Positions 18,036 through 27,682 are shown, counted from the first letter of the stretch. The stretch: DNA of 64,000 nt from Dehalococcoidia bacterium (GCA_965204865.1 OZ242027.1:935550-999549), one strand, 5' to 3'. Notes: generated by a model from the letters alone, not told the origin. Translations and numbers: made by a program.

Positions 18036-19493
18036 CTACTGGGTAATCGGAACCCGCTCCGTGGTGCCGTCGGGCAGAACTTTCAGGCCCACGATGGGAG
18101 CGATTTTCTCGTTGAACAGGGCAATGATGTTGTCCCGGTTGTCCTCGTCCTGTCGGCTGATGAACCCGGGCACCACGTGCTGGGTGGCTACCACGTTTCT
18201 CATGTGGTCCATAAGCGCGTCGGAGAACTCCTGGTATTCCAGGCCAGCGTCAATGTTGCGCTGAATCCATACTTCGTTCCACGCCGGGGTTACGCGGATG
18301 GCCTCCAGCTCGTGGCGCGCACCTTCCTCCTCCAGGATTTTCTGGATGTCTTCGGGCAGGCCGTTCCAAACGTCGGCATTGACAATGACGGTATTGAGCA
18401 GTTGGCTGGACAGCGGCCCGACCATGTAGTTGGTCACTTCGTACCAGCGCTGGGCGTGGGCGGCGAAAGCCACGGTCACGCCGCAGTCCAAGATGCCGCG
18501 CTCCAGGGCTGTGTATACCTCGGCGAAGGCCACGAACTGGGCGTTGGCGCCGAAGCCCTCGATCCAGTCGGAAAGGGCTGAGCCGTGGCTGCGCACCTTC
18601 CGTCCCTCAAAGTCCGCCAGTTCCGTGATGCCTTCCTTGCAGAAGAAGAACTGGTCGCCGCCGGAAACCCACATATGCGAGATCACCTTGCCGCCGTCGG
18701 TGTTTTCCGAGAACAGGCGGTCCAGCTCGGGCCCGATGGCCTGCGTCACCTTGAACTCGACTTCATGGTCAGGGTAGACGCCGTACATGATGGCCAGCTC
18801 GGCTTCCGGCATATGGCCGGAGACGTAGCCGCTGGTGATTTCCGCCCAGGACAGAGTTCCGTTGGTTACCTGCTCGAGGGAGTCCGGGCCGGCGATGCCC
18901 AGCTCCGGGAATGAAGTGATGGGAACCAGCACCTTCCCGTTGGTGCGGGCCTCAACCTGGGGCTTGAAGAAGTTGGCCCAGAGTTCACAGGGGGCCACGG
19001 TGCGGTTGATGCAGGCGAACTGGATTTCGATGGGTTCGCCGTCGTAGGTCATTTCCGTAGGATTGGTGAAGTTGGCCTTATCCACCAAGTCCTTGTAGTA
19101 GTCGGAATCGAAGAGATAGCTCTCCCGCTCCAGCCCGGCCAGGTTGACCATATCGTCGGCGTCGCCCAAGCCCTCGGCCGGGGCCGGACCCACCAGGGAG
19201 CTGAAGTCGCCGTCGCCCAGGTAGAAGGCGCCGGGGCCGCCGGCCCGTGCTTCGGCGGCAGCCAACAGGGCTGGGTCAACATCCGAGTCGGTCATCGCCG
19301 GGGCTTCGGTGGGTTCCTCTTGCATTGCCGCTTCCGTGGGGGTGGGGGCTGCGGTGGGCGCGACAGTTGGGGCCTCTGTTGGAACTGCGGTGGGCGGAGG
19401 TTCCGTGGGAACCGGGGTAGCCGCCTCGCCACAGGCCAGCACAAGGGCCATCAGCAAAATCAGTAGTCCAGCCAGCAGGGATGCCTTTATCAA
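18036..19493 (-). CDS. TRAP-type (DctP-family) solute-binding lipoprotein, array copy 3
   Basis: MIKASLLAG...LVLACGE lipobox, linker and DctP-like core. Closest to copies 1 and 2. Confidence 0.8.
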   Translation of the reverse strand: MIKASLLAGLLILLMALVLACGEAATPVPTEPPPTAVPTEAPTVAPTAAPTPTEAAMQEEPTEAPAMTDSDVDPALLAAAEARAGGPGAFYLGDGDFSSLVGPAPAEGLGDADDMVNLAGLERESYLFDSDYYKDLVDKANFTNPTEMTYDGEPIEIQFACINRTVAPCELWANFFKPQVEARTNGKVLVPITSFPELGIAGPDSLEQVTNGTLSWAEITSGYVSGHMPEAELAIMYGVYPDHEVEFKVTQAIGPELDRLFSENTDGGKVISHMWVSGGDQFFFCKEGITELADFEGRKVRSHGSALSDWIEGFGANAQFVAFAEVYTALERGILDCGVTVAFAAHAQRWYEVTNYMVGPLSSQLLNTVIVNADVWNGLPEDIQKILEEEGARHELEAIRVTPAWNEVWIQRNIDAGLEYQEFSDALMDHMRNVVATQHVVPGFISRQDEDNRDNIIALFNEKIAPIVGLKVLPDGTTERVPITQ

Positions 19494-19543
19494 AACAAAC
19501 TCTCCTTTAACTCCCGATGGATTTCCAGGCCTGCGCCCCGCCG

Positions 19544-19568
19544 CCCATCCTGAGCTTGTCGAAGGACG
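19544..19568 (+). repeat. REP-B copy 3, in the 5' leader of TRAP-SBP3
   Basis: CCATCCTGAGCTTGTCGAAGGACGG, between the putative -10 box and the start codon. Confidence 0.8.
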
Positions 19569-19585
19569 GCCCGCGCAGCCCGGCG

Positions 19586-19614
19586 GAATATAGCAAAATG
19601 GAATCTTCCACGCA
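19586..19614 (-). promoter_or_regulatory. Putative promoter of TRAP-SBP copy 3
   Basis: Minus strand TTGCGT-17 nt-TATATT. Confidence 0.5.
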
Positions 19615-19730
19615 ACCCGGTTTATGCCAGCTATCTTGCGATATTCGACACAATATCAACGAAACAGTAATTTCTTTAGATATGACATATTATCGAAAAG
19701 TTGACCCCGCATAACGCACTTTCGCTGCAA

Positions 19731-19760
19731 AGGAAAAGGCCCCGGCGGGTGGCCGGGGCC
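19731..19760 (-). terminator. Terminator of TRAP-SBP copy 4
   Basis: GGCCCCGGC-GGGTG-GCCGGGGCC with TTTTCCT after it on the minus strand. Confidence 0.55.
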
Positions 19761-19837
19761 CGAGTCTGCAACCCGTCTCTTATACCAATGCCTGGGCCGG
19801 GGGCGGGCCGTCCCCGAACCTGCTGGGATTCGCTGGG

Positions 19838-21271
19838 TTACTCGATGAACGTAAGAGAGCCGTCGCCCTCGATTCGCACCTTGGCCCAGGGAGCGACGAT
19901 GTCGTTCCAGATGGCGATTTCCTCCGGCCCGACGCGAGCTATCCAGTTGGGCAGGACGCGGCCCAGCGCCACTTCCTCATAGACAAAGTCTTTCATCTCG
20001 TCGGACCAAGGGATGAAGGTCATTCCTGCATCGACGTTGACCTTGACGCCGGTCTCGTTCCAGACGGCGGCCAGGCGGAGGTTTTCCAGCTCCATCTTGG
20101 CGCCTTCTTCGATGATGATGGCCTGGAGGTCGGCCGGGATGCGGTTCCAGGTGTCCACGTTCATGGTCTCGAATCCCATGGGCATGGAGATGAACGGGCC
20201 GATGAGATTGTCGGTGACCTCGTACCAGCGCTGGCCGTGGCCGGCGTGGGCGCCGGTTACGCCGGCGTCGAGGATGCCGCGCTCCAGGGCGGTGTAGACC
20301 TCGGCGAAGGCCATGAACTGGCCCTCCCCGCCCAGGCCGTTGATGGCGTCGGTCATGGTGGTGCCGTGGCTGCGGGTCTTCAGGCCCTCGAAGTCCTCTT
20401 TCTCCGCGCCGCGCCTGGAGAAGAAGTATTGGTCGTTGCCGCCGTACCAGATATGGTAAATCAGCTTGCCGCCGCCGGTGTTGTCATAGATTCCCTGGTC
20501 CAGCGTTTCCAGCAAGGCGGTGTTGGCTTCGTGTTCCGACGTGAAGTCTTTCCACAGCCCCCAGATGTAGATGATGTCTATCAGGGGCCAGGTGCCGCCG
20601 ACGTAGGCCGGCTGAATCTGGGCGAACTCGATGGTGCCCTGCTCCACCAGTTGCAGCATATCGGAACCGGCCAGGCCCAGCTCGGGGTAGCTGGAGACCT
20701 CGAAGTCCACCTGCCCGTTGGTGCGCTCCTTGACGTTCTCGGCAAAGTAGATGGTCTGGAGAACGCATGGGAGCAGGGCGCGGTTGATGCAGGCGTACTG
20801 GATGTCGAAGTCCTCACCGCTGGAGGTTAGCGGTGTGGGGTCGGTCAGTTTGGCCTTTTCCAGCAGGGAGCGGTAGTAGTCGGTCTCGAAGATGTGCCGG
20901 TTCTTTTCCACAAACTCCAGGGGAACCATGCCGGTGCCGTCCCCCAGGGCTTCCTCCACGCCGCCGGGCGAGGGGCCGACCAGACGGCTGAAATCGCCGT
21001 CGCCGATGTATATCGCGCCCGGCCCGCCGGCCAGTTCTTCGGCCACGGCTTTCAAGGCGGCGTCGGCGTCCATCATTGCCGGCGCCTCGGTGGCTTCCTC
21101 CATCATCGCTTCCGTAGGAGTGGGGGCGGCAGTGGGAGCCGCCGTCGGGGCCGCGGTGGGAGCGGCGGTTGGCGGAGCCTTCGTTGGCACTGGCGTGGCC
21201 GCCTCGCCGCAGGCCAGCGCGAAAGCCATTATCAGGATCAATGCTGCGCCCAACAGTATAGGTTTGACCAT
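19838..21271 (-). CDS. TRAP-type (DctP-family) solute-binding lipoprotein, array copy 4
   Basis: MVKPILLG...FALACGE lipobox. More divergent core (ERTNGQVDFEVSSYPELG...FAEVYTALERGILDAG...RWYEV). Confidence 0.8.
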   Translation of the reverse strand: MVKPILLGAALILIMAFALACGEAATPVPTKAPPTAAPTAAPTAAPTAAPTPTEAMMEEATEAPAMMDADAALKAVAEELAGGPGAIYIGDGDFSRLVGPSPGGVEEALGDGTGMVPLEFVEKNRHIFETDYYRSLLEKAKLTDPTPLTSSGEDFDIQYACINRALLPCVLQTIYFAENVKERTNGQVDFEVSSYPELGLAGSDMLQLVEQGTIEFAQIQPAYVGGTWPLIDIIYIWGLWKDFTSEHEANTALLETLDQGIYDNTGGGKLIYHIWYGGNDQYFFSRRGAEKEDFEGLKTRSHGTTMTDAINGLGGEGQFMAFAEVYTALERGILDAGVTGAHAGHGQRWYEVTDNLIGPFISMPMGFETMNVDTWNRIPADLQAIIIEEGAKMELENLRLAAVWNETGVKVNVDAGMTFIPWSDEMKDFVYEEVALGRVLPNWIARVGPEEIAIWNDIVAPWAKVRIEGDGSLTFIE

Positions 21272-21382
21272 TTAGACACTCTCCTCGTTGATTTCCCTAT
21301 TCATGCTTCCCTCCCCCGCTCTTGTACAAAGGTCGGGCGGTTAACGACTGCGCGGGAACAGGGGCGTCGCACGATTCGGCGG

Positions 21383-21411
21383 AATATACCAAAAGGAAAA
21401 TCAGCACGCAA
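21383..21411 (-). promoter_or_regulatory. Putative promoter of TRAP-SBP copy 4
   Basis: Minus strand TTGCGT-17 nt-TATATT. Confidence 0.5.
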
Positions 21412-21540
21412 GGCATATTGCAATATGTATCTTGAGAGAAAAACCCACTATATGCGGATAGCGACCAATAGTCTACGAATTGATACATATTTTGGAGAAT
21501 ATATGTCTTGATAGTTGAATTTCTGACAATCGGTTTTCTC

Positions 21541-21572
21541 AACAAGCAGGGCCTCGGAATTTTCCGAGGCCC
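21541..21572 (-). terminator. Terminator of TRAP-SBP copy 5
   Basis: GGGCCTCGGA-ATTT-TCCGAGGCCC with a weak T-rich tail (TGCTTGTT) on the minus strand. Confidence 0.5.
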
Positions 21573-21618
21573 CTGCCCGTCTCTTGTACAAGCACCGGCG
21601 ACCTGATTCCCGAGGCAG

Positions 21619-23106
21619 CTAGTTGCCCGCAAGCGATGCTGTGCCGTCGGGATTGATCTTGATACCGGCGGCCGGGCCGACGTTCTTGTTGAACAGTTCG
21701 ACCGCCTCTCGGCCCGCCGGGTTGTCCGGGTAGCCGACCCGGTTCACCCATTGAGGAATCACGTACTTCAGGGCCACTTCCTCAAACAGGAAGGTGCGTA
21801 TCTCCTCGTTGAAGGGTGTGTAAATCATCCCTTCGTCCAGCAGCTTGGGAATGCCCAGGGAAGACAGCACGGGGGTAAACCGGAAGAACTCAAGCTCGTA
21901 TATGGCCCCTTCCTCAATCAGGATCTGCCGGAAGTCCTCGGGTATCTCCTGCCAAACGTCGTAGTTGAAGGTAGCGTTCTCGACGGTAAAGAGGGGTAGG
22001 GGGCCGGCCATGTAGTCGGCCACCTCATACCAGCGCTGGCCGTAGGCTGCGTTGGCGCCGGTGACCCCGCCGTCCAGAATGCCCCGCTCCAAGGCGGTGT
22101 AAACTTCGGTGAAGGCCACCCACTGGGCCTCGGAACCCATGCCGTCAATCATGTCCGACAGGGCGCCGCCGAAGCTGCGGACCTTCAACCCCTGAAAGTC
22201 TTCCAATTCCTCGATGGGTTCCTTGCTGAAGAAGAAAATCTCGTTTTCCGGTACGCGCCAGAGCTGGAAGATGGTGATGCCGCCCTCGGTGCGCCGCTCG
22301 ATCAGCTTGTCCAGGTCGGGGATGGAGGCCACTGTGGCGTTGTAGAAGGTCTCATTGTCCGGGTACATGCCCCATAGGTACTTCATGTCCATTGCGGGCA
22401 GGTCGCCTGCGGTGTAGGCCGCCGGGAGTTCCGCGAAGGACAGCGTGCCGTTGGTCAGCAGTTCCAGGATATCCGGCCCGGCGATGCCCAGTTCCGGGTA
22501 GCCGATGATTTCTATCACCAGTTGTCCGTTGGTTCGTTCTTCCACCCTTTCGGCAAACCACTCGGCCAGTTTGCAGTGAGTGAGGGCCCGGTTGATGCAG
22601 GCAAACTGGTAGGACAGTTCCAGTCCGGTTGAAGTGGCCTGAGTCGGGTTGGTCAGGTTGGCCCTTTCAACCATTTCCCGGTAGTAGTCGGAGTCGAAGA
22701 CGTACAGGTAGTCTTCCAGGCCCTCATAGGGAACGCCGTCGTAGTCACCGATGTCGTCCTCGATGGGTTCGGGAACCGGGCCCACCAACTGGTTGAGATC
22801 GCCGACGTAGATGGCTCCTGGCCCGCCGGCCAATCGGGCGGCGACAGCCTTGAGGTCATCATCGCCGGACATCATGGCTGCTTCGGTGGGTTCCGCCTCG
22901 GGAGCTTCCGTAGGAGCTTCGGTGGGCGCCGCCGCGGCGGTTGTTGCGGTGGGCGCGGCCGGGGCGGTTGTCGCCGTGGGCGCTGCTGTTGGCTCTGGGG
23001 CTTCCGTTGGCTCTGGCGTAGCCGCCTCACCGCAGGCGAGAATCACCGCCATCAAGAGGGCCAGCACCCCGGCTAATGCAAGTTTCCTTGACAGTTGAGA
23101 GAGCAT
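21619..23106 (-). CDS. TRAP-type (DctP-family) solute-binding lipoprotein, array copy 5
   Basis: MLSQLSRK...VILACGE lipobox. Divergent core (ERTNGQLVIEIIGYPELG...FTEVYTALERGILDGG...RWYEV). Confidence 0.8.
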   Translation of the reverse strand: MLSQLSRKLALAGVLALLMAVILACGEAATPEPTEAPEPTAAPTATTAPAAPTATTAAAAPTEAPTEAPEAEPTEAAMMSGDDDLKAVAARLAGGPGAIYVGDLNQLVGPVPEPIEDDIGDYDGVPYEGLEDYLYVFDSDYYREMVERANLTNPTQATSTGLELSYQFACINRALTHCKLAEWFAERVEERTNGQLVIEIIGYPELGIAGPDILELLTNGTLSFAELPAAYTAGDLPAMDMKYLWGMYPDNETFYNATVASIPDLDKLIERRTEGGITIFQLWRVPENEIFFFSKEPIEELEDFQGLKVRSFGGALSDMIDGMGSEAQWVAFTEVYTALERGILDGGVTGANAAYGQRWYEVADYMAGPLPLFTVENATFNYDVWQEIPEDFRQILIEEGAIYELEFFRFTPVLSSLGIPKLLDEGMIYTPFNEEIRTFLFEEVALKYVIPQWVNRVGYPDNPAGREAVELFNKNVGPAAGIKINPDGTASLAGN

Positions 23107-23174
23107 ATTGACACTCCTGAGATAGTTTTACCCAATCGACGGCGGGATTCTGCACTCCTCGCCGATTGCGCGGC

Positions 23175-23203
23175 AATATAGCAAAGGCAATTTCACCGCG
23201 CAA
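23175..23203 (-). promoter_or_regulatory. Putative promoter of TRAP-SBP copy 5
   Basis: Minus strand TTGCGC-17 nt-TATATT. Confidence 0.5.
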
Positions 23204-23347
23204 CCCTTATTCACGAGCAAATCTTTGTGAAAATAATTACAAATAGACTAAACTAGTACAATAATCAACGAATATCGCAATAGAAATTCCTTTGATGTTC
23301 GATAAACTATTGAGGCAAGGCCGGGAGAAGGACCGAGGGTCGAAAGT

Positions 23348-23950
23348 TCAGCGGGCGGCAAGAGGCGAGGGGCCGGAAAGTCCGCCGCCGGTTATGGCCC
23401 GGTGCAGGGCCACCACCGAGCGGGCCAGCGATTGCAGGTCGGCCACGGCCTGCGGGTCGGCAAGCTGGCCGTCCTGGAAGTGGCGGGATTGCAAGTACAC
23501 CATCCCCGGAACGACATGAGCGCCGAACCAGGCCAGCACGGGACGCAGTTGGGCGTCAATGCTCAGGTAGTGGTGGTCGGTGGCGCCCATGCCGATAAGC
23601 CCGCAGGCTTTTCCTTGCAGCCCCTCAGCCGGCACATGGTCCAGCAGGTTCTTCAGCGCGCCAGTGAAAGAGGCCCGGAAGACGGGGGTGGCGATGAGGT
23701 ACATATCGGCGGCAATCACCCGCTCCACCGCTGTCTGGGTGTCGTCATCGTAGCCGGAAAGGGGCCGCCCGTCGGCGAAAGATATGCGGTGGTCGCCCAG
23801 ATGCAGCGTATCCGCTATCGTTCCCTCTCCCTCTGGGAGAGTGTTAGGGTGAGGGAACCCTTCCAGCCCGGACAGCGCTGCTTGTATCGCCTGATACAGC
23901 CGCCCCGGCCGGGTCACGGTTCCGTGGATGGCGAGCAGGGTTGCGGGCAT
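23348..23950 (-). CDS. NAD(P)H-dependent FMN reductase-like flavoprotein
   Basis: MPATLLAIHGT...IATPVFRASFTGALKNLLDHV matches the FMN_red-type motif. Start ATG 23950. Contains an in-frame REP-A copy (GFPHPNTLPEGEG). Confidence 0.75.
   Translation of the reverse strand: MPATLLAIHGTVTRPGRLYQAIQAALSGLEGFPHPNTLPEGEGTIADTLHLGDHRISFADGRPLSGYDDDTQTAVERVIAADMYLIATPVFRASFTGALKNLLDHVPAEGLQGKACGLIGMGATDHHYLSIDAQLRPVLAWFGAHVVPGMVYLQSRHFQDGQLADPQAVADLQSLARSVVALHRAITGGGLSGPSPLAAR
23821..23855 (-). repeat. REP-A copy 3, inside the FMN reductase CDS
   Basis: TTCCCTCTCCCTCTGGGAGAGTGTTAGGGTGAGGG, translated in-frame as PHPNTLPEGEG. Confidence 0.8.
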
Positions 23951-23990
23951 ACTGCCTCTCCTTGAAACGCCTCTCAATCGCTGGGGACGC

Positions 23991-24024
23991 CCTCACCCTA
24001 ACCCTCTCCCAGAGGGGGAGGGAA
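23991..24024 (+). repeat. REP-A copy 4
   Basis: CCTCACCCTAACCCTCTCCCAGAGGGGGAGGGAA, abutting the stop of the NtaA-like gene. Confidence 0.85.
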
Positions 24025-24025
24025 T

Positions 24026-25366
24026 TTAACGGGATGCGCCCGCCTTCCGTGCCGCGGTGTAGCGGTTTTCGGGCTTGGGCAGGCCCAGGTTGCCGCGCAG
24101 GGTTTCGGATTCGTACTCGGTACGGAAGAGGCCGCGCTCCTTCAGGATGGGCAGCACGTGGTCAACAAAGTCGTCAAAGCCTTGGGGCAGCACTGCGCCG
24201 CTGAGCATGAAGCCGTCGGCTGCGCCCGACTCGAACCATTCCTGCATCGTGTCGGCCACCTGTTCCGCCGTTCCGATGAACTCGTGGCGTGGCGTGGTGA
24301 CCTGCTGGGCCATCTCCCTCAGTGTCAGTTCCTTCTCGCGGGCGGTCTTCTTTATGCTGTCGGTGGAGCTTTCCCAGCCGTTGCGTCCGAAGTCGCCCAG
24401 CTCCGGGAAGGGCGCGTCGAGGTTGTATTGGGTGAAGTCCAGGTCGTTGAAGTAGCGGCCCAGGTAGTTGAGGGCCTGGTTGACTTCCACCAGCCCGGCG
24501 ATTTCGAGGTACTTTTCCTCGGCCTCCTCGGCTGTGCGGCCCACGATGGGAGAGCAGCCAGGCAGTATCAGGACTTCGCCGGGGTTGCGACCAGCGGCCG
24601 CGGCACGGCCTTTCACGTCGCTGCTGAACTCCTCGGCGCTGGCCCGGTTGGCCTGGCCGGTGAAGACCGCGTCCGCAATCTTGGCCGCGAAGCCACGACC
24701 GGCCTCCGATGAGCCAGCCTGAATCAGCACCGGCCTTCCCTGCGGTGAGCGGGATATGTTCAGAGGGCCCTGCACCGAGAAAAATTCCCCTTGATGGTTC
24801 AGCCGGTGCATCTTGTCGGGGTCAATGAACTCGCCGCTGGCCCGGTCTCGGATGAAGGCGTCATCTTCCCACGAGTCCCACAGGCCCTTGGCAATCTCGA
24901 TATACTCGGCGGCCATCCGGTAGCGCAGGTCGTGAGCCGGATGCTCCGGTTTATTGTAGTTCAGCGCCGAGCCTTCCAGCGGCGAGGTTACGACGTTCCA
25001 ACCAGCGCGCCCGTTGGAAATGTGGTCAATGGACATAAACTGCCGCGCCACGGTGTAAGGGTCGCTGTAAGTGGTGGACAGGGTGGCCGCCAGGCCGATG
25101 TGGGTGGTGTCCATTGCCAGGGCTGCCAGAAGGGTAAGGGGCTCGAAGCGGTTGAGGAAGTTGGGATGCGACTTTTCGCTGATGTACAGCCCGTCGCCAA
25201 AGAAGGCGAAGTCCAGCTTGGCGTTTTCGGCCTTCCTGGTAAGCCGCCGGTAGTAATCGAGGTTGATGGCGGCGTCCGGCACGGCGGTGGGGTGCCGCCA
25301 CGACGCCATGTTGGAGCCCGTGCCGGCCAGGAAGGTCCCGATGCGCATCATTCGCCGTTCAGCCAT
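24026..25366 (-). CDS. LLM-class monooxygenase, NtaA/SnaA/DszA subfamily
   Basis: 446 aa. [20 protein letters not shown] start and length are typical of the NtaA/DszA group. Directly upstream of the FMN reductase gene. Confidence 0.85.
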   Translation of the reverse strand: MAERRMMRIGTFLAGTGSNMASWRHPTAVPDAAINLDYYRRLTRKAENAKLDFAFFGDGLYISEKSHPNFLNRFEPLTLLAALAMDTTHIGLAATLSTTYSDPYTVARQFMSIDHISNGRAGWNVVTSPLEGSALNYNKPEHPAHDLRYRMAAEYIEIAKGLWDSWEDDAFIRDRASGEFIDPDKMHRLNHQGEFFSVQGPLNISRSPQGRPVLIQAGSSEAGRGFAAKIADAVFTGQANRASAEEFSSDVKGRAAAAGRNPGEVLILPGCSPIVGRTAEEAEEKYLEIAGLVEVNQALNYLGRYFNDLDFTQYNLDAPFPELGDFGRNGWESSTDSIKKTAREKELTLREMAQQVTTPRHEFIGTAEQVADTMQEWFESGAADGFMLSGAVLPQGFDDFVDHVLPILKERGLFRTEYESETLRGNLGLPKPENRYTAARKAGASR

Positions 25367-25378
25367 TGTCCTAACCCC

Positions 25379-25403
25379 GTCATTCTGAGCTTGTCGAAGA
25401 ATC
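25379..25403 (+). repeat. REP-B copy 4, intercistronic
   Basis: GTCATTCTGAGCTTGTCGAAGAATC, between the LLM stop and the NtaA-like start. Confidence 0.85.
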
Positions 25404-25433
25404 CCACGGTAGAGGTAGGGGTGAAAGCGTCTC

Positions 25434-26468
25434 CTAATCTATCAGCCCGCCCAGCAGCTCGAAGGAGCGCAGCCGCTTCTCGAAGCTGTCTATAGCGGTC
25501 ACTGCGATTATCTCATCAGCGCCGTACTTTTGGCGCACTTCCAACAACTGCCGCCGCACCGATTCGGGCGCGCCGTGAACCACGCCCGCCTGACGCACGG
25601 TGATTTGGTAGCCCTCTCCCGACTGTTTCCCGAACTCTTCGCCCGCCTCAACGCTGCCGACGGTAAGGGTGCGCCCGCTATCCAGCGTTATGCGGACGAC
25701 CTGTATCTTGGCGGCGTGTTCCGCTGCTTCCTCGTCGGTGTCGGACACAATGATGGGCAAGGCCAGCATCGTATAAGGCCAACCCACTCTCCCACAGGGA
25801 GAGGGTTGGGGTGAGGGTGTTCTTGCAGCGTCGGAACCGGCCTGGTAGCGGCGCACGGCTTCGGCCATCTCGTCCTCGTCGTTGTTGAGGAACAGTGCGA
25901 AGACGTAGGGCATTGCCAGTTCCGCCGCCATGTCGCCGCTGGAGCGGGTCGTCCCCAGCAGGAACAGGTCGGGCGGCCGCGGCGGCAGGGGACTGGCCTG
26001 CAACCCGTACAGGGGATGCTCCGGCTCCAGTTCGTCGTGCAGGAACCGCCGTAGCTCCCCCAGCTTCTCGGCCAGGTTCATGGCAGGTTCGCCATCCCCG
26101 CGCCGCAGAGCCGCCGTGGAGCGGGGCAGCCCGCCCGGCCCGCGCCCGATGCCCAGGTCAACCCGCCCCGGAGCCAACGACGCCAGCACGTTGAAATTCT
26201 CGGCCACCTTGTAGGGGCTGTAATGCTGCAACATCACTCCGCCGGAGCCGACCCGGATGCGCGAGGTATGGGCCAGCAGGTGCGAGACCAGCACCTCCGG
26301 CGACGACCCCATCACCCGCCCGGAGCCGTGATGCTCCGCTACCCAGAAGCGGTGATAACCCCACTCTTCGGCCTTCTGCGCCAGCTCTATGGTATGGCGC
26401 AGGGCGTCAACAGGGCTGTCCGATTCATGGACCGGGCTTTGATCGAGGATGCTCAGCTTGAGGCTCAT
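25434..26468 (-). CDS. LLM-class flavin-dependent oxidoreductase (group-1 luciferase-family type)
   Basis: [13 protein letters not shown]...[17 protein letters not shown]. Contains an in-frame REP-A-like copy ([14 protein letters not shown]). Confidence 0.8.
   Translation of the reverse strand: MSLKLSILDQSPVHESDSPVDALRHTIELAQKAEEWGYHRFWVAEHHGSGRVMGSSPEVLVSHLLAHTSRIRVGSGGVMLQHYSPYKVAENFNVLASLAPGRVDLGIGRGPGGLPRSTAALRRGDGEPAMNLAEKLGELRRFLHDELEPEHPLYGLQASPLPPRPPDLFLLGTTRSSGDMAAELAMPYVFALFLNNDEDEMAEAVRRYQAGSDAARTPSPQPSPCGRVGWPYTMLALPIIVSDTDEEAAEHAAKIQVVRITLDSGRTLTVGSVEAGEEFGKQSGEGYQITVRQAGVVHGAPESVRRQLLEVRQKYGADEIIAVTAIDSFEKRLRSFELLGGLID
25779..25817 (-). repeat. REP-A copy 5 (variant), inside an LLM CDS
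   Basis: CCAACCCACTCTCCCACAGGGAGAGGGTTGGGGTGAGGG, translated in-frame as [14 protein letters not shown]. Confidence 0.7.
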
Positions 26469-26629
26469 TGCTCCCTTTCTCTATGGGGGAGGGCCGGGCG
26501 TATTGCCGTAGTTTAACCGATTATTTCCCACGCTGGGCTACCCTTCTATATTCCTGTGCTATCATTCGCCCAAGCACCGCCCCCGGCTCTTGTACGGGTG
26601 CGGAAACTCAGGGCGAGCGGGGGTGAATT

Positions 26630-27643
26630 ATGGCTCCGACCGGCAACGAATGGCTGGCACTGACCAGCGAGGAAACCCTGGAACCCGAAATACCCATCTG
26701 CGATCCTCACCACCATTTCTGGGTACAACGGCCCGAGCCGCTGGACTACCAGCAATACCTTCTTGAACACCTGGCTGCCGACATCAACAGCGGACATAAT
26801 GTGCGCTCCACCGTGTTCGTCGAGGCCCGCTCCAGCTACCGCACCGAAGGCCCCGAGGAGCTGCGCTCGGTGGGGGAGGTGGAGTTCGTTCAGGCCATCG
26901 CAGACGCCAGCGCCACCGGGCAGTACGGCCCCGGCCGAGCGGCCCACGGTATCGTCGGCCGCGCCGACCTGAAGCTGGGGGACGCCGTGCGCCCGGTGTT
27001 GGAGGCGTTGCAGGAAGCCAGCCCCAACCGCTTTCGGGGCATCCGTCATTCCGTCGGCTGGGACCCCAGCCCGGAGCTGGACAACCGCGAGGTCGAGGGC
27101 TGCCTGCTGCGCGACGACTATCGCGCCGGCGCCCGCGTGCTGGCGGATATGGGGCATGTATTGGAAAACTCGCTCTACTTCCCGCAGCTCGATGACCTGG
27201 CGTCTTTCGCCAACGCCGTACCTGAAGTGACCATAGTCCTGAACCACCTCGGCGGATTCTGCCGCATCGGGCCGTACTCCGGACGGGACGAGGAAGTGAT
27301 GGCGGAGTGGCGCCGGGGCATTGCGGCCGTGGCCGCCTGCCCCAATATCGTAATGAAGCTGGGCGGCATCGGAATGCCGCGCATCGGCTTCGACTGGCAC
27401 GAACGCGCGACGCCCGTAGGCTCAGAAGAGATTGCCGACTCCATCGCCCCTATCATGCACTATCTCATCGAGCAGTTCGGGCCTTCGCGGTGTATGTTCG
27501 AGAGCAACTTCCCGGTGGACAAAGTGTCCTTCTCCTACCACGTGCTGTTCAACGCCTTCAAGCGGGTCTCGGCGGGCTACTCGGCTTTGGAACGGGCCGA
27601 TATGTTCCACGACACCGCCGCCCGCGTCTACCGCCTGGATTAG
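26630..27643 (+). CDS. Amidohydrolase-2 family (TIM-barrel metal-dependent hydrolase)
   Basis: 337 aa. ICDPHHHFW metal motif near the N-terminus, and ...LNHLGG...FESNFPVDK. Confidence 0.85.
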   Translation: MAPTGNEWLALTSEETLEPEIPICDPHHHFWVQRPEPLDYQQYLLEHLAADINSGHNVRSTVFVEARSSYRTEGPEELRSVGEVEFVQAIADASATGQYGPGRAAHGIVGRADLKLGDAVRPVLEALQEASPNRFRGIRHSVGWDPSPELDNREVEGCLLRDDYRAGARVLADMGHVLENSLYFPQLDDLASFANAVPEVTIVLNHLGGFCRIGPYSGRDEEVMAEWRRGIAAVAACPNIVMKLGGIGMPRIGFDWHERATPVGSEEIADSIAPIMHYLIEQFGPSRCMFESNFPVDKVSFSYHVLFNAFKRVSAGYSALERADMFHDTAARVYRLD

Positions 27644-27646
27644 TAG

Positions 27647-27682
27647 TCCCCTCTCCATTGAGGGAGAGGGCTAGGGTGAGGG
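27647..27682 (-). repeat. REP-A copy 6
   Basis: TCCCCTCTCCATTGAGGGAGAGGGCTAGGGTGAGGG, intercistronic. Confidence 0.8.
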
